Origin: Rhina ancylostomus
Lineage: Eukaryota
Direction of reading: 5' to 3'
Assembly (NCBI GenBank): GCA_030265395.1
Contig: JARFYF010000112.1
Span: 15,567,036 to 15,631,035 of the forward strand
Length of the DNA: 64,000 bases
Part shown: piece by piece, positions 14,860-27,599 of the stretch
Numbering within the stretch: position 1 is the stretch's first letter
How the letters are laid out: each line of letters begins with the position of its first letter
Made by a program: the position numbers and the translations under genes
Notes under the pieces: generated by a model
What the model saw: only the letters and a program-made list of their open reading frames with translations
Told to the model about the DNA's origin: nothing
The model's database searches: none

Positions 14860-15175
14860 CCATTCAGCTCATTGAGTCTAGGACACCGCTGAGAGCATTC
14901 TGATCAGTCCCATTCCCCCACTTACTTCCCTGTGATCTGTTCTCTGTCACATATCCATCAACTGCCCTCAATTTTCTTCCCACCTGCCTACACAAGGGAC
15001 AGTTTACAGTAGCCAATTAACCTGTCAGCACCTCTCTGGGATTTGGGGGAAAACAGGAGCATCCAAGGGAAACCCACACATGCAGAAAGTGCAAACTCCA
15101 CACAGTCAGCTCCTAAGGTTAGGAACAAATCCAGGTTATTGAGTTACAAGGCAGCAGCACTACCTGTTGCACCAC
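14860..15175 (-). mobile_element. V-SINE/HE1-like SINE
   Basis: V-domain tgtgtggagtttgcac…tgtgtgggtttcc on the minus strand, with a tRNA-like head. Confidence 0.75.
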
Positions 15176-15389
15176 TAAAGAAAGACAACAGAAATACTAC
15201 AGACACTACACTGGAGACACAAGAGACTGCAAATGCTGGAATCTGGAGCAACACACAAAGTAGTGGAAAAGAAAATGGCATTCTCCAAGTGGAGCAATGA
15301 TAATCGATGTCGGTGGACATGGTAATACATTGGTGAATTTGGGAAGTACATATGATATCAGCTATTGGCCCTAATTATGGAATGAGAAA

Positions 15390-15770
15390 TGTTCCACAGA
15401 ACCAAAGTCCAGTATAGAAGAGAAAAGCAATATTGCTGGAGGTAGGGCCAAAGACATTGGCAAGTCTTCTGTCGTAATAAACTATGGATGAAACCTCAGA
15501 TGGGGATGAAATGAAACTCTGGAAAGAATATTGCAATCTGACATTGTTAGATATCTTCAACTGTACACATAACTAGGGACCAGAGGAAATAGTTGGTCAA
15601 TATGTAGACAAGCTCAAGATACTAGCAAAAAGACCCTTCAAGAGCTGGCATTGCCAGATCATTTAGTATATGGATCAGTGAATGAGAGAATTCAGACAAA
15701 ATTACTTGATTATCCCAAACTTATACAAGTGCATGCGAGTTCAGCATACAACTGAAACAGCCTGCGTATC
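15390..15770 (+). mobile_element. Ty3/Gypsy LTR retrotransposon gag remnant
   Basis: KAILLEVGPKT, IFNCTHN*GPEEIVGQYVDKLKILAK and LPDHLVYGSVNERIQTKLLDYPKL follow the Gypsy gag pattern (Q..GE….Y…L..LA; DRLV.G…ERIQ.KLL). Confidence 0.7.
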
Positions 15771-15829
15771 AAAGCTGACTAACAGTAATTAGGGCATCAG
15801 TGCTGGTGATGTTGGCCTGAGAGAGGATA

Positions 15830-17720
15830 CTGACATTTCACCTATCCTACCAATGGACTTGGAGGATTTTCTGGAGACACTGGTGGCAACTCTCCAATAC
15901 TTTGAATTGCAAAGTGTAGGTACTAAATGTCTTGAAAGTGTAAAAACAGGGATCATTGTTTCCAGATAGACCACAAGCTTCGTACAAGCTTGAGATTGTG
16001 ATCTTCAAGCAGTTTGTCATCGTCTCCCCCCTCCCCCCCCCCAAAGGCTCTGCTGGAACATCATAGGCAATGTTGAATTTCATCCTCCACATCTGCCTAT
16101 GATAAGAAATGGCTCCTGAGTTGTGAATTTTTTTCCAGGATTACATCAAGGACTTCTTTTGTTGGGGGCCAGTACTGTACAGAAGAGCAGGGTGTTAGAA
16201 AATCTTTATTTTGTAGAAGATTCATGTAAAGCTCATTTTCTTGTGTGCTTTGGTAACGTGTTGACGATGGCTTGGAGCTCAGCTACATATTACAATCCTC
16301 TAGAATGGAAGCACTATAGTTTAAACAGTTTCCCATTTGATTTGTAAATCAGCTACACTCCAGAGGGAATATTTTTGAAAGTGACATGCAACACCGTAGA
16401 AAGTATTCAGGAAAATGCTGGGACAATGATGCAGTCATTCATAACACCAGCCTGCAAGGAAATGAGATCTCATGGCATGGCTGACTCTTCCCAGACATAG
16501 GAGGTGAGGTTATCAATGTGTGACTGACATTCTTCCCCACTGCATTTAGAACTTCAGCAGGGATACCATCTGCTTCCAACATCACCTTCTTTCTCAGTTG
16601 GCACAATGATTTTCTGACCATGTTGGCAGCAAGGCTGTAATAGATGGAATAAAGGGCACTGCGGTATGCAGTCAAAGGCTCTCATGTCATGGGCAGGTTC
16701 GTGGTTGAGAATTCCTTCAAAGCATGCACTGAGTATCTCTGTCTTCCTGAATTCTTGGCTCCAAACAAAACTCTGGGTGTTTGGGCAATAAATGGTCTTA
16801 ACAGTGCTGAAGAACCTGTGTCTATTATCAGCAAAATGCTGATCTTCCTATGCTCTTTCTGACCATCATCTGCTCTTTAAATCATGGGCTTTTTGTTAGA
16901 TCTCAGCGTTCAGGTGTCTCTCATGCTATTTATTTCCCCTTGAAGTGAGGTGAAATTTCCAGCCCAAGAAGGCCTTGCATTTGCAATTAACTAGCTCTTG
17001 CTCATTTGTATATAAACCAGTCATGTTGTTTTTGGGTAGAGCGGCCATTCACAGGTGCTAGTTATGGTGAACTTTATGACAGTCACCAGATACTCTACAA
17101 CTCTTGTTGGTCAGAGGTTGTCAGGCTGTCTGTGAAACATTGTTTGAGAAGAGTTATCTTTATGGAGTTCTTAAGACCCTCAACATTAACTTGCAGCAAT
17201 GTTTCTGTTGCCACTATTGTTCTCAAGTCAGGCTGATATATTAGGCAATGGTCAGCCCAACAGTCATTGGTCTGGTTGATGCAGACATCCTTGCAGTCTC
17301 TCACTCTGATGATGAAACAAAACAGGTATCAAATGCCTGGACTTGGGGAGTGCCAAGAGATTTTGTCCTTGTCTCTCAGATGAAACAGGGTGTTAGTTAT
17401 AACAAGATCATGCTCCAGTAATGTTATCAGGTGGAAAACTCTACTGGAGTTAGCTTTCCCTCCTCCTTTCTTGCCAATCATGTGTTTTTAGAAAATAAAA
17501 GAGTTATGTAAAACAGTAGTTTGATGGCTACAATACAACCATCTGAAGATGAAAGTTCCACAAATACAGTAGTTCTGTCCATGAGGGCATGTGTGTGATC
17601 CAAGTCTTGGACAGGTATGCAACAGCTCTATTGCAGATGTAATTTGACAACGCTTCATCTGACAAGGAACGTGAAGCACGGGCTGAAAGGAGTGCTAAAC
17701 AGCTAAAAGTGTGTCCTTCC
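15830..17720 (-). mobile_element. RTE-clade LINE remnant (endonuclease plus RT)
   Basis: NTLFHLRDKDKISWHSP, RDCKDVCINQTNDCWADHCLI and ADGIPAEVLNAVG match RTE ORF motifs. Confidence 0.75.
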
Positions 17721-18549
17721 TGTGAGTAGGTAAGGCTAAAGTTTGGCCATAGCATACAGATGTTGTTTACTGTTTGAAGTGGCCAGGGCTAAAGCAGCAT
17801 CATATACAGTAAGTAGACATGTAGAAATACATAGGTAGATATGTTACAAAATGGAAAATAGTCACCTATTATGTTGAAAAAATGGAGATCTGACAAGTAT
17901 TATGGGACTTGATCACAATCCATTCCTTTATCAAACAGACTGACTAGTTGGGCCTCTGTTATCAGTGCTGACACAGCTCAAGCTGGATACACAAGATCAT
18001 TGAATACTATGGCCATTGTTCTGGCTCAGGGACAGTGAAAAGAGCATCTAGTAAAAATCTAGGGACAACCCAAAGTTCTCTATAGTCTGTCCATAAGATG
18101 GTTAAGCTGTTCCCTTATAACTTATTAGACACCTGGTTGGGTAGGCATGTGAAGTATGTAAACAATTGTTCTGCAGCAAACAGGAATAGTATTGTTCTGC
18201 AGTGAGTTGGACAGGAAAAAGGTATAATAATGGATGTTTTCCTTTGTTCTGTGGAGAAACTGCCAGATATTTTCAGTGGCTTGCTCCCCACTGGTGTAAA
18301 ACAATAAACCTTCAACACTTAATGGACCTGGGTCTCAAGTAATCCTTCAATTTCCACTAATAACTGGTGCAGCAAGCAAGGTGCAGTAGGCCAGATGGAC
18401 ATCCAGAACATCCCAGTCATCCAGACTGAACCTGAATTAAGAGGACTTTTGGACCATGAAAGCCAACATTTAGATGTGTGAAGGGACTGAAGGCAAAGGT
18501 CCTACCGAAGTATGATACAAGTATGATTACATTTTTACTATTAAGTCAG

Positions 18550-19760
18550 GTTCGTCCTCTTTATCCAAACCCAGAAGGTCCAAGCCAACTATCAAGTTGA
18601 AGGTTTATTGATTAATTGCACTGTCGGGTACTACTAGAGCACTATAGCAATTGTGATGTTGTACCTGATTGTAAACCGATATTCACTGAGGTGATGACTG
18701 CGATCAGTAGATCGACAGGGTAAACTTCAAATCCCATTAAGGCAATCTGCAGTTCTCTGGGGAGCTGCCAGTGTGAGGCAGTCCGGTTAAACCATGTGCC
18801 CTCAACAACAGATTAGCTGGGGAGAGTCCCCATTCCAAAGCTTTTTAATATCATTATGAATTAAATGCCAATGACAACATCAAGGTAGTTTGCTTATGCT
18901 TACAACCTCTCACAACATGAGCAAAAGCCTTTAGACATCTGCAGGGCACTGAAGGAGAAAGTAACTGCAGTGGCTGAATACTTCCAGCAGTGGAGGCTGC
19001 AACCAAACCTTGCAAAATCTATGGTAACCACATTTCACCTTGGAAATTTTCCTTCATTCACAATACTTGAGGTTACTTCAAGGAAAAGTTCACCATGACC
19101 CAACACCAAAATACATTAGACTACCCCCTGGCAGGTGCCCTATTTCTGAGGCACCAGTGCCCAAGATCAAAATGCAAATTAATATATTTTGCAAATTCGA
19201 AGGGATGCCAATGTGGGGACACCAAGGATCTTGTCTCTTGCAAATACATACTCTATCATCAAGTACTGCATTCTAATTTGTTTCCATGCAGTTACAGGAA
19301 CCTTACAGTCAACACCAACTTAATGGTTCCCATTACTGACAAATACCACTCCTCCTCATATCCATTAAGAAAGAGGGGTGCAAACGCCCATCAACAAGCC
19401 AATGGCTTTAAGGAACCCTTCAATGTCCCAGTAACCCTATGTCATCAATTTCAACATTGATGACAAATTGAATAAAGTCTGAGCCGGAAACACTGACATA
19501 CAAGACCCCTTGTGTTTCACCAGCCTCAAAGGTTATGGGCAGTCCTAACCAGGACCTTATCAGCACATAGGCAATTAATGCAAATCAAATGTGGCTCTGC
19601 TTGCAAATATGGTTTATTGTTTGATTACCACGTCATCACATCCTGCCCTCAAATACAAGTTGATGGACATACCTTTGTGCTCCAGCAATTTGCTAGAGGA
19701 ATGGTACATGGAACTGAATCTAAAATATTCCTTTCAAAAAATATTATAAACTTCTTACGT
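18550..19760 (+). mobile_element. Vingi/Ingi-related non-LTR retrotransposon 3' remnant
   Basis: LFNII…TTSR*FAYAYNL, EYFQQWRLQPNLAKSMVTTFHL, HDPTPKY and the C-terminal LWAVLTR…SACKYG…YHVITSCP zinc-knuckle remnant. Confidence 0.7.
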
Positions 19761-22286
19761 ACAAGGAAAAAAGTAAAACTTTATAGCCAATGATAAAGAG
19801 TTCTTCAAAATATTATAAGAGGTGAAACAAGCTTATTGGAGTGTGTCCAGCTGAATGTGTCTTACTGCTTACAGAGTTAGCCCTGTTGGCCCTGTTGACA
19901 GAGCCAGAAGATGCTCACCTCTATTATTACACACAATAACAGTCTCCAGCAACAATCTGAAATGCAGGTAGCAGCCCTGAAGATTGATTTTGTACAACAT
20001 AGTTGGTCTTTTTCTTTTTACATGGCTGTTTTTATTTACTGAAATATGGATGTTTCAGGGCTGGGAGTTAGCTTAAAAAGGGTTCAGAGAAAACCTGAAT
20101 CTGATTGAGTAGCCCAACAAGGTTTATTGCAATTATTGCATATGATCCATTCAACAGTTTTCAATAATAAATTTGGTGCTTATTTTACTTCAAAATGTAA
20201 AACTATAGTTGGTGCATACAGCTAACAATAAAATACTGGCCTTAATCTTGCAGTGTGTTTTCTTTGCATAACTGTTGACAACTGCAAGATTTCCCTGTGT
20301 ATGTGGAAACCAGTAAGAGGTTTCCCAAAGCTGCTTCTCTTGAAATCCAAAAAGCAATTGCAAAGTTGAAGCAATTTCCCCACAGACAGTGAGGAATCTA
20401 CACCAGTAACTTACACCAGGTTGGATCTGAAACTCAAATTACTTCACCATTGATTTCATTGTCAGGGTGTCAACATCGGAATCATTAAAGTAGCAATTTC
20501 ATAAAATTGTAAGAGGAAAGCTCAAGTAGTTTACAAAAATTAATTGAAAAATAACATAACATAAATGATGATAGACTTGAAATTGCCATCAGGAATGCAT
20601 TTGTTAATATTTATGAAGGGATGGCACTGGGTTTAAATGAACTGACAACAAGTGGCTCGGGCAGTTCTGGTCAATCCACAGATATTTTCACTTTAAATAT
20701 CAGCTCTGAGTTATGCTTGTATAGCTAAATTACTTTTAAATGAATAAACAATCAAGGACACATATAAAATACAAGATTGAATATAGTTCAGCAAAATTAA
20801 ACAGTGATGGAAATTTGGAAGCTGTGAAAGATTTTTGAATTTATTATGCTGAAATCAATAAACAGTAAAACAGTATTCAAATATTCACATGGAATGATTT
20901 AATAGAAGTAATAGACTATTGAACCTATTTAGAAATATTACTACAGATAACTTTCATGACACTAGTTACAAATGAAAGGCATCAACTATTATAGCAATAT
21001 ATAACTCATAAATAAAATAACCTTCTCAACTCATGCTACTTCCGTAAAAAGTAATGAAATAACAAAGTCTAAAACCATATGTAGTTTTAACACTTAGAAA
21101 TATGGGGTTAAAATTTATTGCCTTTTGTGCATTTCTTTCAGATTCAAAATTTGTTTTATTCCAGCAGTCCCTGTAAATTTAAATAATTACTATAAGATTT
21201 CTTAATAATCTGTCAATTACTACAGAACAAACTCTCAATGTGAATACCACGCATCAACAAAATGGAGTCATCTTTCAAGTTCAAACATTAATAACAACTA
21301 ATGGTTAAAAAAAACAATTAAAAATTAAATAAATCTTCCGTGAACTTTACAAAAATAACCACCATGGATCAATTGAGCTTCTAATCCTACAAAGTCCTCA
21401 AATTTTAACACACTAAAAATCTAATAAAATTAGCATTTTCATAGTTATTAAACAATGTTTTCTACTATCAAATGCAATAAAATGGTTCCTGGAGTGCAGT
21501 GAGACATGCAAAGCTACTCAAGCACACTCAAAAATAAAGTCTAAACCATAGTGTGCTGACAGTCAGTGACCATACCCTAAAATCACTGTCAGCATTACAA
21601 ATTAACAACATATATTATAAAAATATAATACCTACTTTCAAAGTAGTAATCTAATGTTGCTTTTTGGATAATGGTTTGAAACCATTCATTTACACTCTCA
21701 TCGTTTTTTACGTTGTCTGAAGCCCTCAATTAGATTACAACCCAGTAATCACCCTGAAGTATCCTTTCATTATCTTTTGACAATTGTACATGCCCAGGCT
21801 TGGCAGATTAGAGTTTAATCAAATGTGGTCCACAACACAATTACTATGATTAAATACATTTGACACAGGGGTGAAAAAAACTATTTGTATATTGTTAGTT
21901 TACTTTTTAAAGAAGCCAAAAGGACACGTATAGTTTATTGGATTCTCTTTTTTTTTGTAACTATTTAATGATTTATTGCTTCACCTTGATAGCGTTTTTC
22001 CTCAGCAGATTCCTTATCTGCCAACTCAAGAGCAAACATTGATTAGGAAAAGCTATACCCTACCATATTACCGCTGAAGTTACAATGCAAGGAATAGCTT
22101 TGTCTTGCTTAAATGGGCTTTTTGCAACCTCTCTACTTAGTCTCCCAGAAATGCAATTCAATTATCTTAATCTGCAACATTGATGCTGATAACTCCTTGA
22201 TGAAAGTCATTGGCATAAAATTCTAAGCCCTGCAATCCAGCAAAATTAGAGCAGTGCTAACTCTTATCAGATCTCTCCATATCTAC

Positions 22287-22420
22287 TGGTGGGCATGCTA
22301 CGTCGGCGCTGGAAGAGTGGCGGCACTTGCGGGCTTCCCCGAGAACACCCTACGCAAAAGATGCATTTCACTGTGTGTTTCAATGTACATGTGACTAATA
22401 AAAGATACCTTATCTTATAT
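22287..22420 (+). mobile_element. SINE 3' half, same family as 29090-29360
   Basis: gtgggcatgcta…cacttgcgggc…gcaaaagatgcatttcactgt…catgtgactaataaa, present as the reverse complement at 29100-29220; CpGs retained. Confidence 0.7.
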
Positions 22421-22689
22421 CCCAACTTGATCGTCCTTTCCTACCTGTGCTTGTTGACCTATATTGGCAACAGTTTAAAATTTAGTACTGAAAATCAAAA
22501 AACTGCAGATGCTGGAAATCTGAAATAAAATTTCTGGGAGAGTAAGTGGACAGATAATTGCATCAAATTTCTGGAAATTGCAAATCAGGAAGCTTCTGTG
22601 GAGAGAGAAGTGGAGTTAAGATTTCAGGTCAACGAGCCTTCATCAGAGATTCCAAGTATCTCCTGCATTTTTTGCTTTTACTTAAAATT

Positions 22690-23010
22690 CTCTCAGTTAT
22701 TTTCAGTTCACGTCCCTCCTCGCCCCCCAGATCTTCTCCCTACCAATCTCTTTTCAGCCCTTCAATACTCAGGCAATATTTGTGCTCCCTACTTCTGGCT
22801 TTGTGGGTTTCCCTGATGTTCATCATTCCACCACAGGTGCCTTCAGCTACCAAGATCTTACGCTCTAGAAATACTACCTCCACCTGTCTCCCCACCTCTC
22901 TGTTCTCCTTTGGTGCTGCTTGAATCCTAGCACTTTTATCAGGCCTTTGGTCTTCTACACTAATATCTCCTTATGTGGCTCAGCATCCCTGAGCAGGCTT
23001 TTGTAGATCT
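22690..23010 (+). mobile_element. L2-type LINE 3' fragment
   Basis: L2-like tail (gccttcagctacc…ctctagaaat…gcctttggtc). Confidence 0.45.
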
Positions 23011-24414
23011 GTATACAATTCAGATTTGGGGATGAAGTCATTAATATCTCCAGCTACCAATGAAAATATGTGCCAACTCAAGTCCATTTTTTTCAATCTC
23101 TGAAATAAAAATGCTGAAAATCCGCAGTAGATCATTTTCCCAGTTTTGATAAATGCCCTTCCACCTAAAGTGCTAACTCTGTTTCTCTTTCGACAGATAC
23201 TGACAGACCTGCTGAATGTTTCCAGTATTTTCTGTTTTTATTTCATATTTTCAGCATCTTCAATTTTTTTAAATTTTCAATGACCTTATTCTTGATTTCC
23301 TTGCTACCTACCACACTACAATGCTTATTTAAATGAATAGTCCTGTAGATCTTGCACCAGGTCTAAACTGACATAAGATCTGAGACCAGATTGCCTGACA
23401 TAAATGCTAGAAAATCAGAGTTGTCAACTGCTCTGCTGCTGGACACCATGGGGAGCAGTCCAGTCATACAAAACAGCCAGGAAATTGCTAGCAGAGTTTG
23501 ACTAATAAGTTTGGGACTTTCCCATTCATATGGAATTCCTGACAGGTATGCACACAGAATGAAAAATGATGGCTGTTCCATGTGTTACAGTCAGTAAAAC
23601 CAGCAAACTCCAGGCCTTCTNNNNNNNNNNNNGATTGACCTGTAATGTCATTTTTCTCTTTCTGCAGATGCTGCATTTTCTGATTTGAATTATATAAAAA
23701 TAAGATGTGTAGTAAATGTGCTACATATTTTCAATTAAATGTTTACATATTTGGTCATTGTGCTGTATTTTTTGCTGCAGGAATGGAAACTATCAGCCAT
23801 TTATTATACTTGTATTTGCCCAGAATTTCTATGGGATTTTGCACTGGGATTAACCACAAATTAGGAAAAATTGAGGTTAGAAGTATCTGGTAAAATTGAT
23901 TTTAGTTTCTATCTGAGATAATTGAGCAAATAAATAAATTGACAATTGATCAATTAAACCATTAAAAATGTTTAATCCCTAATCTGGTTCATTCCAAATT
24001 CACTGATGTCATCTGGGTTGATGGCTTTTATTGAACTTGATGTTTTTAATCAAAAAATGAGCAAAAATCATTTGGGATTCTGCAACTAATTGCTTTCTAG
24101 CACAACTTCCTCAAAGCATACGAGTCAATAAAACACTAATTTATGGCACACTCCCAAATCTCAGTCCATAGCCTTATAGGTTCCAATTCTTCAAGTACTC
24201 ATCCAGGTACCATTTTCAGAACAATGTTTCCCCCCCCCCCCACCAACCTTAACAAGATCCCCATACAAATTTCTCTCAATTCCCTAATATCCTTCGACAA
24301 ACTACCTTAAAGCTATGTCTCTATTAATTGACCTTTATGCCAAGAAAGATAGGTTCTCCCATTAATTATGTGCAGCCTTTCAACGTTACACTCGTTGACT
24401 CATTCTCTTTTCAT

Positions 24415-24698
24415 AGAAAGCACAGAACAATACAGGCCCTTTGGCCCACAATTTTGTGCCAACCTTTAAACTCGCCTAAGACTATCTAACTCCTTCTTCC
24501 CACATATCCCTCTATTTTAAATTCCTCCATATGCTTATCTAGCAATGTCTTGAATTTGACCAATATACCTGCCTCCACCACCACCCCAGGAAGCGCATTC
24601 CACGCCCCAGCCACCCTCTGGGTAAAAAACCTTCCTCTGATATCTCCCTTGAACTTCCTACCCATTACTTTAAAGCCATGCCCTCTTGTATTGAGCAT
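24415..24698 (-). mobile_element. CR1 LINE 3' end (fairly young)
   Basis: TRGHGFKVMGRKFKGDIRGRFFTQRVAGAWNALPGVVVEAG (ORF 24486-24806). Confidence 0.9.
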
Positions 24699-25429
24699 NN
24701 NNNNNNNNNNNNNNNNNNNNNNNNNNNNNNNNNNNNNNNNNNNNNNNNNNNNNNNNNNNNNNNNNNNNNNNNNNNNNNNNNNNNNNNNNNNNNNNNNNAT
24801 TGTCAATTATATTTAGTTTGATAATTATTCCTGCGACGCTCTAGGTGCTGGGAACAGAAGCTTCAGCTGCAGCACCACTGCATTGCTGAGCCTCGTCCCA
24901 CCCCTCAGATGGAGATGGCTTCCCATCCTTACTGTTACAATTTGCGTTACACGAGGTTGCTGCGCTGCTCCTTGTGAAGTTGCGGAGTCTACGGGATAGA
25001 CACAAGGCTGCAGTGCTCGTACATTGAGGAAGTTTGACCATCTCTACAAGGGAGCCTCAGCATCCACTTCTTTTGAAGGGTTTTGACCCAAAACGTCAAC
25101 AATTCCTTTCCCCCCACAGGTGCTGCTTGACCTGCTGAGTTCCTCCAGCAGATTGTTGCTTCTAAGGTCCATCACTGGCTGGTGAGTGTGTCTGTGAACG
25201 GGGAGCAGGGAGCATTGAATGATATATCAATGAGGGTGGAGCTGAGACAGGGAACATACAGATGTCAAGGGTGATGGCAGAACCGGGCTGCAGTGATTAA
25301 ACAGAGTTCACAGGGTTGGAGAAACAGGAAGTGGAAAAACAACCAGCAAGAATGAAAAGATATGAAAAGTGTTTACAAACAACCCAGGCACCCAAACTAA
25401 CCATATTTGTAACAACATCAGGGCATTGC

Positions 25430-25710
25430 CAGCTCTGGGAGAGCAATCCCTTTGGTACATTTCCTTGAATCCCTGCAAATTATTCTCTCTCACACAGGCC
25501 CAACAACAGCACGTTGATTCTTTTTCTCCACTCACCTACACTAAGGGTTAATTTACAGCGGCCAATTAATCTACCAGCACGTCCTTGGGATGTGGGAGGG
25601 AACCGAAGCACTCATGGAAGGGAGAATGTGCAAACTCCACACAGACAGTACCTGGGGGGGGGGGGCCATCGAACACAAGGCTCTGGAGCTGGGAGGCAGC
25701 GGCCACAAAA
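25430..25710 (-). mobile_element. V-SINE/HE1-like SINE
   Basis: V-domain tgtctgtgtggagtttgcacattctcc; cccacatcccaaggacgtgc. Confidence 0.75.
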
Positions 25711-26409
25711 AATATGCAAAGGAAATTAATTGATTTTGTGCATCGATTTTGATGCGTCTCTGTCATGGTTCTTTACACATTTGTGGTTTGTCTTAATGGC
25801 CAGTCACCATAGACAAGTGTGACACCACACTGTGCACAACAACGTCTTACAAACAAGATGAAATAAATGATCAGTTTAGTCAAAACAGACTGAAACTTCA
25901 TACCCTGGATCACATGGTACAAAAACTCTCAGCTTGTTAAGTTCAGTGACTCTCCAGTGTTTACTGTTGGTTACAGCTTCAGGGCTGGTTGGGACAAGGT
26001 GTGGACAGGAGAGAAAACTGCCCCAATCCCTGGAGCTGTTGTCCTTGGAACCCACAACAAAGCCATGTCATCCTTCATAAAGTCTGGTGCCCAGCAATCC
26101 ACACAAAGCCCAGATTCAGCCCTTTTGATGTTGCAAAGGTATCGGAGAGCCCAAGTGGGACCATTAGCAGTTTGCTGCCCGTGAAGACAGGAATCACGTC
26201 CTCGCTACCAGCATTTGCTGTTGAAAAATCAATAGCAAGCCTCAGTCTAAATATAGACGTCGTAGAAAATTCCAGAAAGTTTAGGAAATTTGAACTGTCA
26301 ACACCAGGATTTGTTCCCCGGCATTACACATATAATATGAAGTGGTGCAGAGGGGAGGGGGGCAAACATAAATGGATTTAATTATATTTTGGAACCAATG
26401 CAAACATAT

Positions 26410-26640
26410 TAACCAGTCCGCCTCCTCGAGAGTGACAACCGATATCGCCGCTCACCTCCATCGCCTCAGCCGCCCGGCAGCTATCGATGGTCACGTGTTC
26501 CTCCCCCCAGCCGCAGCGCGCACCTACGACCCGCCGTACGTGCTCGTCCCCGTCAGCGTGTGATCCGCTGGTTGCTGTCGCCCTGCCGTTTTTGGGTCGC
26601 GATTCCAGGTGTTGGCCGGACTAGGGAGGAGACGGGATGA
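26410..26640. promoter_or_regulatory. CpG-island promoter of NME3, possibly bidirectional
   Basis: The most CpG-dense, GC-rich tract in an AT-rich window, directly 5' of the NME3 ATG; E-box GTCACGTG at 26490-26497. Confidence 0.8.
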
Positions 26641-26682
26641 TCTGTGTAGCGTTGGCCGTCTTTGCCTACATGTTCCAGATGG
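26637..26682 (+). CDS. NME3: NME3 coding exon 1 (MICVALAVFAYMFQM), hydrophobic N-terminal anchor
   Basis: ATG at 26637 in a CpG-rich tract; donor G|gtgaga at 26683; peptide resembles the NME3-specific N-terminal extension (human MICLVLTIFANLF); phase 1 matches exon 2. Confidence 0.93.
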
Positions 26683-27599
26683 GTGAGAGAGGGAATAAGG
26701 GTGAAGGGAGTCTTCCAGCCCCGGACAGACAGGAGGTGGGACAAGCCCAAGGCTGGGGGGAGGATTCAGCAGGGAATGGGCGCCACATCAGTGCCTGTCC
26801 TGGACACAATTCTTTTTGAGGATTAACAGCGAGTGACTGGGACGTTGTGTCTGTACAGGCGCTAATGTTCAGCACATGATGGCGGTGTCATGAATTAACT
26901 TTAAACCCATCATTCTGTGAATGAATTAATCTTAAAGTCAGAATTAAACGACCGAAGGATAATGTCAGAAAGCACTCACTTAAACAAAGGATTGTGGAAG
27001 TTGGAATTCTACCAAAGTTGTTGGGCTGGATTAAGTGAAAAATTCAAAACTGAAATGGATACTTCAAGGGTACGGGATAACCTAGTAAATTATTAGAAGA
27101 TTATTAATCCCTGGCCTGAATCACACTATGTTCCCTGTGTCATTTAAATTAAATCTAGAATTAAAAACCTGGTGTCAGTAATGGTGATTGTGAGACCATT
27201 GGATTGTCAATGAAAACAAACCTGATTCACCAATGTCCTTTCTGCTTGGTCTGGTCTATATTGACTTCAGACCCTCCAATGTGGTTAATTCTTAATTAGC
27301 ACCTGAAATGACCACCTAAATCGATGAGTTCAAGGGGCAATTTGACAATCATGAATAATTGCCAAAGTTGTTCTTATTCAATGAATCAATAAATCAAAAA
27401 AAGTTATCCACGTAGGATAAATGAAATTAAAATACATGATCTAATTCAATGGTAGGACAGACTTGAGGAGTTGAATGGTGTAGTCCTATTCCTAATGATT
27501 GCCATATTGCTGGATTCTTTCTGGTTGAATGGGCCAAATACACGCTTAAAAGATAGGAGCACAAAGGTTTGTCACATAGGTAAACAGAACACATTAAGT

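Noticed and set aside
23363-23581. Resemblance of SQTLLAISWLF to TEDC1, or of the 94-aa candidate to COX8
   Set aside because: Only a few residues match, too weak to assign a name.
25989-26381. 130-aa plus-strand ORF just upstream of NME3
   Set aside because: No recognisable domain; it overlaps a decayed antisense CR1-like stretch and has no splice support on this strand.
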